From assembly GCA_964533615.1 (NCBI GenBank), contig CAZHMK010000005.1, forward strand, positions 20,761-84,760: DNA of 64,000 nt. The letters run 5' to 3'. Position numbers and translations under genes: made by a program. This stretch comes from an uncultured Eubacteriaceae bacterium (lineage in GTDB: Bacteria > Bacillota > Clostridia > Eubacteriales > UBA1433). Positions 50,989 through 61,919 of the stretch are shown in pieces. Each line of letters starts with the position of its first letter. The stretch's first letter is position 1. The notes below the pieces were generated by a model. That model did not search any database and was not told where the DNA came from. It saw nothing but the letters and a program-made list of their open reading frames with translations.

Positions 50989-53088
50989 ATGGATTTAAAA
51001 AAAGTTTTTAAGCCAAAAAGTACGGCGATTGTGGGTGTGAGCGATCGGAACGGAAGTTTTGGGAAATTTGTTGCTATGTATTCGCTAAAGGGAAGTGATA
51101 CGGACAAGCTTTATTTTGTGCATCCGAAAAGAGAGGAATTGATGGGTAAGCGCTGCTATCCGTCTCTTGATGCGCTGCCGGAAGTGGTGGATTGCGTTGT
51201 GCTTTGCACGCCGAGCGCAACAATCAATGGATTGCTCGAAGAAGCAGGAAAGTTGGGCATTAAAGGAGCTATTGTTTTTGCGAGCGGTTTTTCGGAAGAG
51301 CGTGGAGAAGAAGGCAAGGAGCTTGAAAAAGAACTTGTAAAAATTGCGCAAAAATATGATATGGCGCTCATTGGACCAAATTGTTTAGGGCTCATCAATA
51401 ATGTGGATAACAAAATTTACTGGGGAGTTGAATCATATTTTGAATTCAATGATAAAAGAGGCGTTGGCGTAGTCGGTCAAAGCGGATTTATCATCAAATA
51501 TCTTTCGGAAGCCGGCTTTGGAATGACATATATGGCATCTACCGGAAACGGCAATGTCGTTACGATAGAAGATGTGCTTGACTTTTATGCACAGGATGAT
51601 GATGTGCGCGTTATAGCGCTTTATTTGGAAGGTGTTAAAAAACCGGAAGTGTTTATTGCGGCACTCAAGAAAGCAGCACAAATGCGTAAACCCGTGGTTA
51701 TCCTCAAAAGCGGCAGAAGCAAAAAAGGTGCGGCTGCTACGGCATCGCATACGGGCAATTTATCAGGAAGCGGTCAAGTCTATGACGCCGTGTTTGAAAA
51801 ATTCGGCGTTGTTGTGGTCGATGATTTTGTGGATTTAATTGCTATGACAAGGATGTTTACGATATTAGACGGAAGACTGCCGCACAAGCCGACACTGGCC
51901 AGCCTGAATCTATCGGGCGGGGAGACAGCGGTGTGCGCGGATTTATCGGAAAAATACGGGCTTGTGCATCCGGAATTTGATGACAACATCAAAGAAGTGC
52001 TTTTGGAATTGCTACCTCATTTCGCTACGCCGAATAATCCACTTGATGCAACAACAGGTATCATGTATAACATTGAAGCCAATAAGCGTATTTACAAAGC
52101 TATGCTGGACAGTGACGATATCGGTATTGTGACGACGGGTATTAATGTCGAAGAGCATAGTTCTGATGTGATCGACGTACAGATAGAGGCTGTATGCGCG
52201 GCTGCAAAAGACGGAGAGCTTACAAAACCGCTTATTGTGCTTTCTTCATTTGAAAGCGGCAGAAATCCGCAGCAGATACGTAAACTCGAAGATCACGGCA
52301 TCTTTATGCTGACAGGCGGAGAAAAAGGGTACAAACAAATCGCATTATTAAATAAATTTGCAGAATTTGATTATAAGAAATCGACACTGGATCTTGCTTA
52401 TCCGAAGAAAAGAGAGCATGCGAGGCAGACAGCTGCGCTAAGTGAATTTGACAGTAAAGAAGAAATCAAAAAATACGGTATCAGCATACCGGCGCAGGCA
52501 ATTGTTACTTCCCCGCAGGAACTTTCCGATATGTTGAAAAAAGATTTTACATATCCTGTTGTGCTTAAAGTGAACTCTGCGGATATACTCCATAAAACGG
52601 AAGCGGGCGGTGTGAAATTGAACGTTAACACTGCAGACGATGCGCTCAAAGCCTATGATGAAATTCTTACAAGTTGCAAGGCATATGATCCGGATGCGAG
52701 AATTGATGGTATCTTGGTTCAAGAAATGGTGCCAAAAGGGATGGAAATCATTATCGGCATTAACAATGATGCATTATTTGGACCGATTATCTTGGTTGGC
52801 CTCGGCGGAATATTTGTAGAGATATTTAAAGATGTGGTACTGTATCCGGCGCCGGTCAATAACGACGAGGCACATGCTATGCTCAAAAAACTAAAAGCAT
52901 ATAAGCTTCTTAGCGGTTATCGAGGAAGTAAGGCGCTTGATATTGATGCACTTGCGGATTTGATTGTAAAAGTTGGCGATTATGCAGTGGCCAACAAAGA
53001 CAACTTAAAGGAACTTGACCTAAATCCTGTCTTTGTATATGAAAAAGGTATCAAAGCTGTAGATGCTTTGATCGTTAAGTATAAATAA
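50989..53088 (+). CDS. Acetate-CoA ligase (NDP-forming acyl-CoA synthetase) family, fused alpha/beta
   Basis: CoA-binding N-terminus, IGPNCLG, QSG, STGN, phospho-His SHTG, NPLD, ATP-grasp PVVLKV..HKTEAGGV, ELDLNP. Confidence 0.9.
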   Translation: MDLKKVFKPKSTAIVGVSDRNGSFGKFVAMYSLKGSDTDKLYFVHPKREELMGKRCYPSLDALPEVVDCVVLCTPSATINGLLEEAGKLGIKGAIVFASGFSEERGEEGKELEKELVKIAQKYDMALIGPNCLGLINNVDNKIYWGVESYFEFNDKRGVGVVGQSGFIIKYLSEAGFGMTYMASTGNGNVVTIEDVLDFYAQDDDVRVIALYLEGVKKPEVFIAALKKAAQMRKPVVILKSGRSKKGAAATASHTGNLSGSGQVYDAVFEKFGVVVVDDFVDLIAMTRMFTILDGRLPHKPTLASLNLSGGETAVCADLSEKYGLVHPEFDDNIKEVLLELLPHFATPNNPLDATTGIMYNIEANKRIYKAMLDSDDIGIVTTGINVEEHSSDVIDVQIEAVCAAAKDGELTKPLIVLSSFESGRNPQQIRKLEDHGIFMLTGGEKGYKQIALLNKFAEFDYKKSTLDLAYPKKREHARQTAALSEFDSKEEIKKYGISIPAQAIVTSPQELSDMLKKDFTYPVVLKVNSADILHKTEAGGVKLNVNTADDALKAYDEILTSCKAYDPDARIDGILVQEMVPKGMEIIIGINNDALFGPIILVGLGGIFVEIFKDVVLYPAPVNNDEAHAMLKKLKAYKLLSGYRGSKALDIDALADLIVKVGDYAVANKDNLKELDLNPVFVYEKGIKAVDALIVKYK

Positions 53089-53100
53089 AAATATTTCAAA

Positions 53101-53135
53101 AAAGTCCCTTTCAGGCAGATGCTGAGAGGGATTTA
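53101..53135 (+). terminator. Intrinsic terminator
   Basis: AAGTCCCTTTCAG...CTGAGAGGGATTTT. Confidence 0.7.
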
Positions 53136-53170
53136 TTATTTTACGGCAAAATATGTCTGAGGTATGGCTG

Positions 53171-53199
53171 TTGACATTGGGAAATAATTGGTTTAAAAT
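53171..53199 (+). promoter_or_regulatory. sigmaA promoter of mnmE
   Basis: TTGACA-17-TAAAAT. Confidence 0.7.
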
Positions 53200-53245
53200 A
53201 ATTCAAATATATCGATTATTTTAGATATTGAGGAAATTTTTATAA

Positions 53246-54622
53246 ATGAAAACAAGTACAGATACGATTGCGGCTATTTCAACGGCTTTGGGGAGCAGCG
53301 GCATTTCTATTATTCGGATAAGCGGGGAAAATGCGTTTGAAATAGCTGAAAAATTATATACAGGCAAGCAAAAAAAGTTTTGTGATCTTGCCAACAGGAC
53401 TATTCATTACGGACACATAAAAGAAATTGAGTCGGGAAATATTATTGATGAAGTACTGATCAGTAAGATGAAGGCGCCTGCTACTTATACAGAGGAAGAT
53501 ATTGTGGAAATCAATTGTCACGGCGGACTGACCGTGGCAGGACAAGTACTTGCGGAAGTGATCCAAGCGGGGGCAAGGTTGGCCGAACCCGGAGAATTTA
53601 CGAAAAGAGCTTTTTTAAACGGCAGAATCGATCTTGTGCAGGCGGAAGCCGTGATGGATATCATCAATGCAAAATCGAAAACCGCATTGAATGCGGCACA
53701 AGATAGACTGACAGGACATTTATCCCAGGAGATTAATCATATCAAAGATGTTTTGCTGGATATCCTTTCCTATATCGGTGTAGGGATAGAGTATCCGGAA
53801 TATGACATTGAAGAAAGTGATGAAAAAAATATACGTCTCATGCTTTCGGAAGCTAAAGGCAGACTCACAAGGCTGTATTTGAGTTCCAGAAGAGGACAGA
53901 TTTTAAATGAAGGGCTTAAAGTTGCCATTGTGGGTAAGCCCAATGCTGGCAAATCAATGCTTTTGAATGTTCTGATCAACCAAGATCGCTCTATCGTGAC
54001 CGAAATACCCGGCACAACGCGGGATATTGTCAGTGAATTTATCAATATTGGGGGCATCCCAGTGAAAATTATCGATACGGCAGGGATAAGAAAATCCAAA
54101 AACAAGGTGGAGCAAATAGGAATAGAGCGCAGTATTCAGGCAATTAATGAAGCACAGGTTATCGTTTTTGTTATAGACAGCAGCAGAAAATGGGATAGTG
54201 AAGATGAACAAATTTATTCCCTTTTGAAAAATAAAGACACGATTTATGTAGCGAATAAAAGCGATTTACAACTACACGAGAGTATAAAAAAACAACTGCG
54301 TGATAAACAGGTGCTCTATATATCCGCTTTAAAAAAAGAAGGACTGGATAGGATAGAGAAAAAAATAGAAGAATTTGCGGGATTAAAAGCAGAAGATGTG
54401 TTAAGCGAGGCCATTGCCGCAAATATTCGTCAGGAAAATCTTTTAAAAAGCGCGCTGGATAGTATGGACAGCGCAATAGAAAATTTGGATTTAGGTTTAG
54501 AAATTGATATGGTGGAAATTGATATTAAAGATTGTTTAGAAAATTTGGCAGAAATAACAGGACAGGCAATCGGCGAGGATATTATTGACAGAATTTTTGC
54601 GAACTTTTGTTTGGGAAAATAA
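53246..54622 (+). CDS. mnmE: tRNA modification GTPase
   Basis: DTIAAIST, EINCHGG, GEFTKRAFLNG, GKPNAGKS, GTTRD, DTAG, C-terminal FCLGK. Confidence 0.97.
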   Translation: MKTSTDTIAAISTALGSSGISIIRISGENAFEIAEKLYTGKQKKFCDLANRTIHYGHIKEIESGNIIDEVLISKMKAPATYTEEDIVEINCHGGLTVAGQVLAEVIQAGARLAEPGEFTKRAFLNGRIDLVQAEAVMDIINAKSKTALNAAQDRLTGHLSQEINHIKDVLLDILSYIGVGIEYPEYDIEESDEKNIRLMLSEAKGRLTRLYLSSRRGQILNEGLKVAIVGKPNAGKSMLLNVLINQDRSIVTEIPGTTRDIVSEFINIGGIPVKIIDTAGIRKSKNKVEQIGIERSIQAINEAQVIVFVIDSSRKWDSEDEQIYSLLKNKDTIYVANKSDLQLHESIKKQLRDKQVLYISALKKEGLDRIEKKIEEFAGLKAEDVLSEAIAANIRQENLLKSALDSMDSAIENLDLGLEIDMVEIDIKDCLENLAEITGQAIGEDIIDRIFANFCLGK

Positions 54623-54637
54623 GAAGGTATTCATAAA

Positions 54638-56536
54638 ATGACATATACAGCAGGAAATTATGATGTAATTGTAGTTGGCGCAGGCCATGCAGGCTGTGAG
54701 GCGGCTTTAGCCGGTGCGAGAAAAAATAAAAAAACATTGCTGCTGACCATTAATTTGGACGCAGTTGCTATGATGCCATGCAATCCGTCGATTGGGGGCA
54801 CAGGCAAAGGGCATTTAGTGAGGGAAGTGGATGCGTTAGGCGGGGAAATGGGCAAAATTATCGATAAAACATTTATTCAAAATAGAATGCTCAATACCAA
54901 AAAAGGGCATGCCGTGCGCTCGCTGCGTGCACAAGCAGATAAAAAAAGATACCAGGCAGCTATGAAGCAAGTTCTTGAAATGCAGGAAAACTTGGATTTG
55001 GTGCAGCAGGAAGTGGCGCGTCTGGACGTTGAAGATGATGTTATCAAAGGTATTACCACACAATCGGGGCTCTATTACAGCGCAAAGGTTGTTATTATTG
55101 CATCGGGCACTTATCTGAACGGAAAAATCATTATCGGGGATTATTCCTATCAAGGAGGGCCAAACGGTATACGTGCGGCAGTGGGGCTTTCGGATAGTTT
55201 GCTAGAGTTTGGAATCAAGCTTATCAGGCTAAAGACCGGTACTCCGGCACGGATCAACAAGAGAAGCGTAGATTTTTCAAAAATGGGTCGTCAAGACGGA
55301 GATGAATATATTGAGCCGTTTTCATTTGAAAACACATTTGACTCTGCGCCGCAGCATCCGTGTTATCTGACGTATACGAATGAAGAAACACATGAGATTA
55401 TCAGACAGAATCTGCATCGCTCTCCTTTATTTGGAGGTAAAATAGAAGGAACGGGGCCGAGATACTGCCCGAGTATAGAAGATAAAGTAGTGCGATTCTG
55501 CGATAAAGATAAGCATCAGCTCTTCATTGAGCCTGAAGGGCTGGATACAAACGAGCTCTATGTGCAGGGATTATCTTCTTCATTGCCTGAAGATGTGCAG
55601 GTAAAATTGATGCACACTATCAGCGGACTTGAAAACGCGGAGATCATGCGCAGTGCGTATGCCATTGAGTATGATGCTATTGATCCTGTGCAGCTTAAAA
55701 CATCACTTGAGACAAAAGCCGTTAAAGGCCTTTTTATGGCAGGGCAAATCAACGGCACATCGGGCTACGAAGAAGCAGCAGGGCAGGGAATCATTGCCGG
55801 TATCAATGCAGCGAACTATATTGACGGAAAAGATCCTGTGATATTAAAAAGAAGCGATGGATATATCGGTGTTTTGATTGATGATATCACAACTAAGGGG
55901 ACAAGCGAGCCTTATCGCATGATGACTTCACGTGTGGAATACAGACTTTTGCTTCGTCAGGATAATGCGGATATGCGTTTGACGGAAATAGGCTACAGGC
56001 AGGGGCTGATATCCGAGGAAAGATATAAGAAGTTTTTACAAAAAAAACAAGCGATTGAAGAGCAGCTTCAAAGATTAAAAACCATAAAAATAAAGGCAGA
56101 TGAAAAAACAAACAAATGTTTAGAAAATAGGGACTCGTCGGCTATAACAGAAAGCATGACACTCTATGAATTATTAAAACGCCCGGAGATCGATTATAGT
56201 TTTGTTGAGCTATTTGATGAAGAATCCAAAATGCTTGACAGACGAGTAAAAGAACAAGTAATAATTCAAATAAAATATGAGGGATATATTAAAAAGCAAG
56301 CACAGCAGGTAGAAAGATTTTTAAGGATGGAAGAAAAATTAATCGATGAAGAGATCGATTATAAGGATGTTGAGAATCTGAGACTTGAAGCAAGAGAAAA
56401 ATTAATCAAAATCAAGCCAAAATCTCTGGGACAAGCATCAAGGATACTTGGCGTATCACCATCCGATATCTCGGTGCTGATGATTTACATGGAAAAGCAG
56501 AAACAAAAAACAAAGCAGGGAGAGGAGAAAGTATGA
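54638..56536 (+). CDS. mnmG: tRNA uridine-5-carboxymethylaminomethyl synthesis enzyme (GidA)
   Basis: [42 protein letters not shown]. Confidence 0.98.
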   Translation: MTYTAGNYDVIVVGAGHAGCEAALAGARKNKKTLLLTINLDAVAMMPCNPSIGGTGKGHLVREVDALGGEMGKIIDKTFIQNRMLNTKKGHAVRSLRAQADKKRYQAAMKQVLEMQENLDLVQQEVARLDVEDDVIKGITTQSGLYYSAKVVIIASGTYLNGKIIIGDYSYQGGPNGIRAAVGLSDSLLEFGIKLIRLKTGTPARINKRSVDFSKMGRQDGDEYIEPFSFENTFDSAPQHPCYLTYTNEETHEIIRQNLHRSPLFGGKIEGTGPRYCPSIEDKVVRFCDKDKHQLFIEPEGLDTNELYVQGLSSSLPEDVQVKLMHTISGLENAEIMRSAYAIEYDAIDPVQLKTSLETKAVKGLFMAGQINGTSGYEEAAGQGIIAGINAANYIDGKDPVILKRSDGYIGVLIDDITTKGTSEPYRMMTSRVEYRLLLRQDNADMRLTEIGYRQGLISEERYKKFLQKKQAIEEQLQRLKTIKIKADEKTNKCLENRDSSAITESMTLYELLKRPEIDYSFVELFDEESKMLDRRVKEQVIIQIKYEGYIKKQAQQVERFLRMEEKLIDEEIDYKDVENLRLEAREKLIKIKPKSLGQASRILGVSPSDISVLMIYMEKQKQKTKQGEEKV

Positions 56537-57315
56537 AAGTAAAAAATAAATCTGAAATGATACCTATTGATTGGATTGTTCCGAATAGAAATCAGCCGCG
56601 AAAGCATTTTGACGAAGAAAGTTTAAATGAATTGGCAGATTCCATAGCAAAAGTGGGTATTATTCAGCCGCTTACCGTTAAAACGATGCCAAACGGCAGA
56701 TACGAACTCATAGCAGGCGAGCGCAGGCTGCGTGCTTCTAATATAGTAGGGCTTACAAGGGTACCCTGTATTATTGTTGAAGCAAGTGAAGAAGACGCAG
56801 CTTTTATAAGTATGATTGAAAATGTGCAAAGAGAAGATTTGAATTTCATTGAGGAGGCAATGGGATATAAAACACTTTTATCTACATATAATTTAACGCA
56901 GGAAAAACTTTCCAATATTATAGGGAAAAAACAGTCGACTATTGCCAATAAGCTTAGGATATTGAATTTAAATGAAGATATTTTAAATTTGCTTAATGAA
57001 AATGCTCTTACGGAAAGACATGCCAGAGCATTGCTCAAGCTTCCCACAACTGAGCGTCTTGCGGCAACAAAAAAGATCATTAAACGTGGACTCAATGTGC
57101 GTCAGACAGAAGAAATGATTGATGACATGAATCAAAAAGATGGTATAAACCCAAAAAAGAGAAGAGTGACAAATATTATCGATAAACGAATTTATGTCAA
57201 CACGATCAAAAAAGCTTTTAATGACATCAAAAAAACAGGGTTGCGTGCGCTGTATGCAGAGCAGGAAGACGGAGAAAATATCACGATTACGATTGTGATC
57301 CCAAAAAAGAATTAA
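56533..57315 (+). CDS. noc: Nucleoid occlusion protein (ParB paralog)
   Basis: [17 protein letters not shown]; [15 protein letters not shown] and TERHARALL typical of Noc; follows mnmG. Confidence 0.88.
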   Translation: MKVKNKSEMIPIDWIVPNRNQPRKHFDEESLNELADSIAKVGIIQPLTVKTMPNGRYELIAGERRLRASNIVGLTRVPCIIVEASEEDAAFISMIENVQREDLNFIEEAMGYKTLLSTYNLTQEKLSNIIGKKQSTIANKLRILNLNEDILNLLNENALTERHARALLKLPTTERLAATKKIIKRGLNVRQTEEMIDDMNQKDGINPKKRRVTNIIDKRIYVNTIKKAFNDIKKTGLRALYAEQEDGENITITIVIPKKN

Positions 57316-57340
57316 AAACATATGTTTTTAATATAGATAC

Positions 57341-57369
57341 TTGACAGAAATGCAATAATAGACGATAAT
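57341..57369 (+). promoter_or_regulatory. sigmaA promoter of the ileS leader
   Basis: TTGACA-17-GATAAT. Confidence 0.65.
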
Positions 57370-57385
57370 AATGCTTATATTTTTA

Positions 57386-57617
57386 TACTGATGATGATGA
57401 AGCCGTGTTAATAAGTGAGTATTACCAGAGAAGTGGGGACGCTGAGAGCCACGAATAGTTACCTTAACTGTATCACTTCGGAGTCAAATGCCTGAGATTG
57501 TAGGGCATTTCGCATAAAAGCGTTAATTGAACTTGAGAGGGCAGAGCAAAAGACGTTTGCCAAATTGGGTGGTACCGCGGTTTTTAATCGTCCCATTATT
57601 GTGGGATGATTTTTTTT
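57386..57617 (+). ncRNA. T-box riboswitch (Ile)
   Basis: AG box CAGAGAA, GCTGAGA loop, candidate specifier ATC at 57472-74, stem II, T-box AATTGGGTGGTACCGCG at 57563-79, terminator TCGTCCCA..TGGGATGA plus T tract. Confidence 0.92.
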
Positions 57618-57655
57618 GTTTATTATAAAAATAAGCAGCAGAACAGGAGAAAAAG

Positions 57656-60600
57656 ATGGTTTTTAAAACACTGAATGCCAACATCAAAGAGAGTGAACAA
57701 AATTTAATTAATTACTGGAAAGAGATCGACATTTTAAATAAGAGCATAGAAAACAGAGCAGGCAAGCAAAATTATGTATTCTATGAAGGTCCGCCTACGG
57801 CAAACGGGAATCCGGGAATTCACCATGTGCTGGCCAGAAGCATCAAAGACGGTATTTGCAAATATCATGTGATGAAGGGTCAGAGAGTTGTAAGAAAAGC
57901 CGGATGGGATACACATGGGCTTCCTGTAGAAATAGAAGTTGAAAAGCAGCTGAATTTGAAAAACAAAACGGAAATAGAAGCATACGGCATTGCAAAATTC
58001 AATGAAAAATGCAAAGAATCCGTTTTTGCGTACGAATCACGCTGGAGAGAAATGACGACGCGTATGGGTCATTTTATTGATATGGACAACCCTTATATCA
58101 CGCTGAACAATGATTATATTGAAAGCGTGTGGTGGAGTTTAAATAAATTTTACAAAGAAGGATACATGTATGAGGGGCATAAGGTCATGCCTTACTGCAG
58201 CCGCTGCGGGACAGGGCTTGCATCACATGAGCTCTCGCTGGGATATACCGAAATACAAAATGAAACTGCGATTGTGCCCATGAAACGCAAAGACAGAGAA
58301 AATGAATATTTTCTGGCATGGACCACAACGCCCTGGACGTTGATTTCCAATGTGGCTTTGACGGTGCATCCCGACGAAACCTATGTGAGAGTGAAAAGCA
58401 AAGATAATATTTTGTATTGTGCCAAGAACTTAGCTTCAAATCTTTTTGGTGATGAATATGAAGTACTGGAAGAAATGAAAGGCAAAGATTTAGAATATAT
58501 AGAATACGAACAGCTGATGCCGTTTGTGAAAGTGCCCGAAGGCGCAAAGGCCTTTTTTGTGACCTGCGCGGAATACGTAACAACAGAAGACGGCACAGGC
58601 ATTGTGCACTGTGCGCCGGCATTTGGGGAAGAAGACTACCAGACCGGAGTGGAATATGGCCTTCCGGTACTGCAGCCTGTAGACGAAACCGGTGTGTTTA
58701 CGGCAACGCCATGGGAAGGGAAATTTGTTATTGATGCCGATAAAGAAATCCTAGCATGGTTGAAAGCTGAAGGAAAACTATTTAAAAAACAACGATTCAC
58801 ACATAATTATCCGCATTGCTGGAGATGTAAAACACCGCTTTTATATTATGCGAAATCAAGCTGGTATATCAAAATGTCGGATTTAAAAGATATTTTGATC
58901 AAAAGCAATAATGATGTGAATTGGCATCCTGAATTTGTGGGAGAAAAACGTTTTGGAAACTGGATTGAAAATGTAAAAGACTGGGCGATCAGCAGAAACC
59001 GTTACTGGGGAACGCCGCTCAATATTTGGAAATGCACCTGCGGGAATACCACATCGGTAGGCTCAAGAGCGGAGCTCAAAGAACGCGCGATAGAAGACAT
59101 TGATATCAATATAGAGCTTCACCGCCCTTATGTGGACGATGTGCATCTTAAGTGTGAAAAATGCGGAGGCACAATGAACCGCGTTAAAGACGTTATTGAC
59201 TGCTGGTTTGACAGCGGCAGCATGCCGTACGCGCAATACCATTATCCATTTGAAAATGAAGAAATCTACAAAGATCAATATCCGGCGGATTTTATCTGTG
59301 AAGGGATCGACCAAACAAGAGGATGGTTTTACTCGCTGATTGCTATTTCTGTCTTTTTAAACAAAGAATCATGCTATAAAAATGTTTTGGTCAATGACCT
59401 GATCCTTGATGCCGAAGGAAGAAAGATGAGTAAAAGCCGCGGCAACACCGTTGATCCGTTTGCCTTGTTTGACCAGTTTGGCGCAGATGCACTCAGATGG
59501 TATATGCTGCATGTATCCCCTGTGTGGACGCCAACCAAGTTCGACGTTGAGGGCTTAAAAGAAGTGAAAAGTAAATTCTTTGATACGCTGCGAAACGTAT
59601 ATAACTTCTTTGCGCTGTATACCAATACGGATAACGTGGATCCAAGAGAGTTTTATATTGAGCCGAAAGACAGAGACGAAATAGACAAATGGATCTTGTC
59701 AAAATATAACAAACTTGTCAAAGACGCTACCGAGGCAATGGATGATTATGACATGACAAGGACTGTGAAAAGGATACAGCAGTTTGTGAATGAAGATTTA
59801 TCGAACTGGTATATCCGTCGAAACAGAAGAAGATTTTGGGGCAGTCAACTCACAGATGATAAGAGAGCCGTATTTAACACAACCTATGAAGTGCTTCGAG
59901 GCGTGTGTCTGCTGGCGGCACCGTTTGCACCGTATCTGCCCGAAGAAATTTATAGAAATCTGACAGGAGAGGCAAGTGTTCATTTGGGCGATTACCCAAT
60001 TTATAATAAAAGCCTAATCAACGAAGCTATTGAAGAAAAGATGGATTTGGTCAGAGAACTCGTAAGTATCGGAAGAAGTGCAAGGGAAGATGCACAAATC
60101 AAAGTACGTCAGCCGCTCAGCGCGATCCATATCGATGGCGCATATGAAAAACTAATTTCGGGTTTAATCCCATTAATGAAAGAAGAACTCAATGTGCAGC
60201 AGGTGCGCTTTGAGAAAGATCTTTCAGAGTTTATGAACTTCAGCCTGAAGCCGAACTATAAAACGGCAGGGCCTGTTTTGGGAAGCAAGGTAAAGCTGTT
60301 GGCGCAAGCCTTGCAGAATACAGATGCGAATAAACTATTAAAAGATTTGGAAAAAGATGGAAGTGTAGAAATGAACATTTCCCAGGAAATAATTAAAATC
60401 GACAAAAATTTACTGGATATACGAATCTCGGCAAAAGAAGGATTTAATGTTCAGACTGAAAACAATCTTTTCGTAATCCTCGATACGCATTTGACGGAAG
60501 TGCTTTTGCAGGAAGGATTAGCAAGGGAACTGATCTCCAAAGTACAGCAAATGCGAAAAAACAGCGGCTTTGAGGTAATGGACAGGATCGATATACTGCT

Positions 60601-60754
60601 CAGCTGTCCGAAAGAAGTGAAAGACGCAACGGAGGCATTTGACGCATTTATTAAAAAGGAAACACTTGCGGACAATATCGTATTCACAGACGAGACTTAT
60701 GAAGCGGTGAATTTGAATGGGCGAGACTGTACCATTAAGGTTTTAAAAAAATAA
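57656..60754 (+). CDS. ileS: Isoleucine--tRNA ligase, type 2
   Basis: EGPPTANG.PGIHH, GWDTHGLPVE, WTTTPWTL, DWAISRNRYWGTP, EGIDQTRGWFY, KMSKS; 1032 aa with IleRS2-type C-terminus. Confidence 0.96.
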   Translation: MVFKTLNANIKESEQNLINYWKEIDILNKSIENRAGKQNYVFYEGPPTANGNPGIHHVLARSIKDGICKYHVMKGQRVVRKAGWDTHGLPVEIEVEKQLNLKNKTEIEAYGIAKFNEKCKESVFAYESRWREMTTRMGHFIDMDNPYITLNNDYIESVWWSLNKFYKEGYMYEGHKVMPYCSRCGTGLASHELSLGYTEIQNETAIVPMKRKDRENEYFLAWTTTPWTLISNVALTVHPDETYVRVKSKDNILYCAKNLASNLFGDEYEVLEEMKGKDLEYIEYEQLMPFVKVPEGAKAFFVTCAEYVTTEDGTGIVHCAPAFGEEDYQTGVEYGLPVLQPVDETGVFTATPWEGKFVIDADKEILAWLKAEGKLFKKQRFTHNYPHCWRCKTPLLYYAKSSWYIKMSDLKDILIKSNNDVNWHPEFVGEKRFGNWIENVKDWAISRNRYWGTPLNIWKCTCGNTTSVGSRAELKERAIEDIDINIELHRPYVDDVHLKCEKCGGTMNRVKDVIDCWFDSGSMPYAQYHYPFENEEIYKDQYPADFICEGIDQTRGWFYSLIAISVFLNKESCYKNVLVNDLILDAEGRKMSKSRGNTVDPFALFDQFGADALRWYMLHVSPVWTPTKFDVEGLKEVKSKFFDTLRNVYNFFALYTNTDNVDPREFYIEPKDRDEIDKWILSKYNKLVKDATEAMDDYDMTRTVKRIQQFVNEDLSNWYIRRNRRRFWGSQLTDDKRAVFNTTYEVLRGVCLLAAPFAPYLPEEIYRNLTGEASVHLGDYPIYNKSLINEAIEEKMDLVRELVSIGRSAREDAQIKVRQPLSAIHIDGAYEKLISGLIPLMKEELNVQQVRFEKDLSEFMNFSLKPNYKTAGPVLGSKVKLLAQALQNTDANKLLKDLEKDGSVEMNISQEIIKIDKNLLDIRISAKEGFNVQTENNLFVILDTHLTEVLLQEGLARELISKVQQMRKNSGFEVMDRIDILLSCPKEVKDATEAFDAFIKKETLADNIVFTDETYEAVNLNGRDCTIKVLKK

Positions 60755-60770
60755 AGGGTTATTATTCAAT

Positions 60771-60796
60771 AAAAAAGCGGGGAGGCCTGCTTTTTT
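60771..60796 (+). terminator. Terminator of ileS
   Basis: AAAAAAGCGGG-GAGG-CCTGCTTTTTT. Confidence 0.75.
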
Positions 60797-61177
60797 TATT
60801 TATACAAACGAATTGATATATATTGTTTTTTTTCGTCGTTATTATTCTTTTTGGGGCTTTGGGTATTTATGCAGAAGAAAAGGATATTACCGTAACCTTC
60901 TGTTCCAGATGCAATATGGTGGAGTTTTATTACTGCGATAACTGTGGGATATGGGGATATATCTCCTTCAACAGTAATAGGAAGAATCATTGCAAGTATT
61001 TTGAGGCTTGTTGAAATAGGTACCATAGGAATGCTGACGGGAACAATTGCTACATATTTTTTGCCTAAAAAAGATATACGGAATGATTCTAATGCAGTAG
61101 AAAAAAATATTATGGAATCAACCGATATAACAGAGGAAGAAAAAAATAATAGATTATATAAGATATTTAAAATTTAA
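60797..61177 (+). pseudogene. Frameshifted, 5'-truncated potassium channel gene
   Basis: TM segment in one frame (FVVIILFGALGIY..E); after a 1-nt shift near 60897 reads SVPDAIWWSFITAITVGYGDISP..GRIIA (K+ filter TVGYGD); no RBS or start seen. Confidence 0.8.
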
Positions 61178-61873
61178 ACATGAACAAGAAAACAAATGAT
61201 AAGAATGAAAAATAATGAAGGACATGAAAAGCATATGAATGACTATGGATCTCATTACGGTTAAGAAATGCGTTAACGTGAAATCGGGTTTATAACGGAG
61301 AACGTTTTTTTATCAGAAATAAAAAAAGGACGCCGGAGGGTAAAAGATAAGAGTCCTCTTGAGCAAAATCGAAAGATTCAAATAGAAACGGTAAAGAGGG
61401 AGAAAGTTATTTATAAAAGCGGATATTGATTTGTTTTGTGTATATGAAAGCAACGCCTGCCTGGTTAGATTCTTCGATACGCTCAGATGATATTTCCTCC
61501 ATGAATTTATCCGCGCAGGGTTTTTGGGTGTTGTGAGAAGGGGAAAACACAGTTCTTTTTTACATTGAAAGAGAATTGTGAAAATTTGAATCATTTTTAT
61601 AAGATATTCATTATGGCAGGATTACAGAACGGGAAAGCAACTCCGTCATAAAAGGAGTTTTTTAAAGAAACAGGATGAAAGCAGGGTGCGTTATTAGAAT
61701 GATAGAAAGTAAACATATGGTATTTACGCTGCTGAATTTTTATGTACGCTCAAAGCGATTTGTCTCACTTATAATACATCTAATTGCTAAGACAAAGAAG
61801 AGCAACGGAAATCAATATTTTGCATAGCAAGGCAAGTCATAGAAAATATGCCTTATGAAACAGGGCTTACAAT

Positions 61874-61904
61874 AAAAAAACCGATACGAAAGTATCGGTT
61901 TTTT
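61874..61904 (-). terminator. Terminator of the prsA-like gene
   Basis: AAAAAACCGATAC-GAAA-GTATCGGTTTTT. Confidence 0.85.
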
Positions 61905-61919
61905 GAAAGAATAGCATTA

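Noticed and set aside
55923-55940. TTCACGTG core inside mnmG as a possible parS
   Set aside because: Flanks do not complete the 16-bp palindrome; explained by the conserved MTSR coding motif
61313-61594. 93-aa minus-strand ORF
   Set aside because: No RBS or recognisable domain; cannot be supported as a gene
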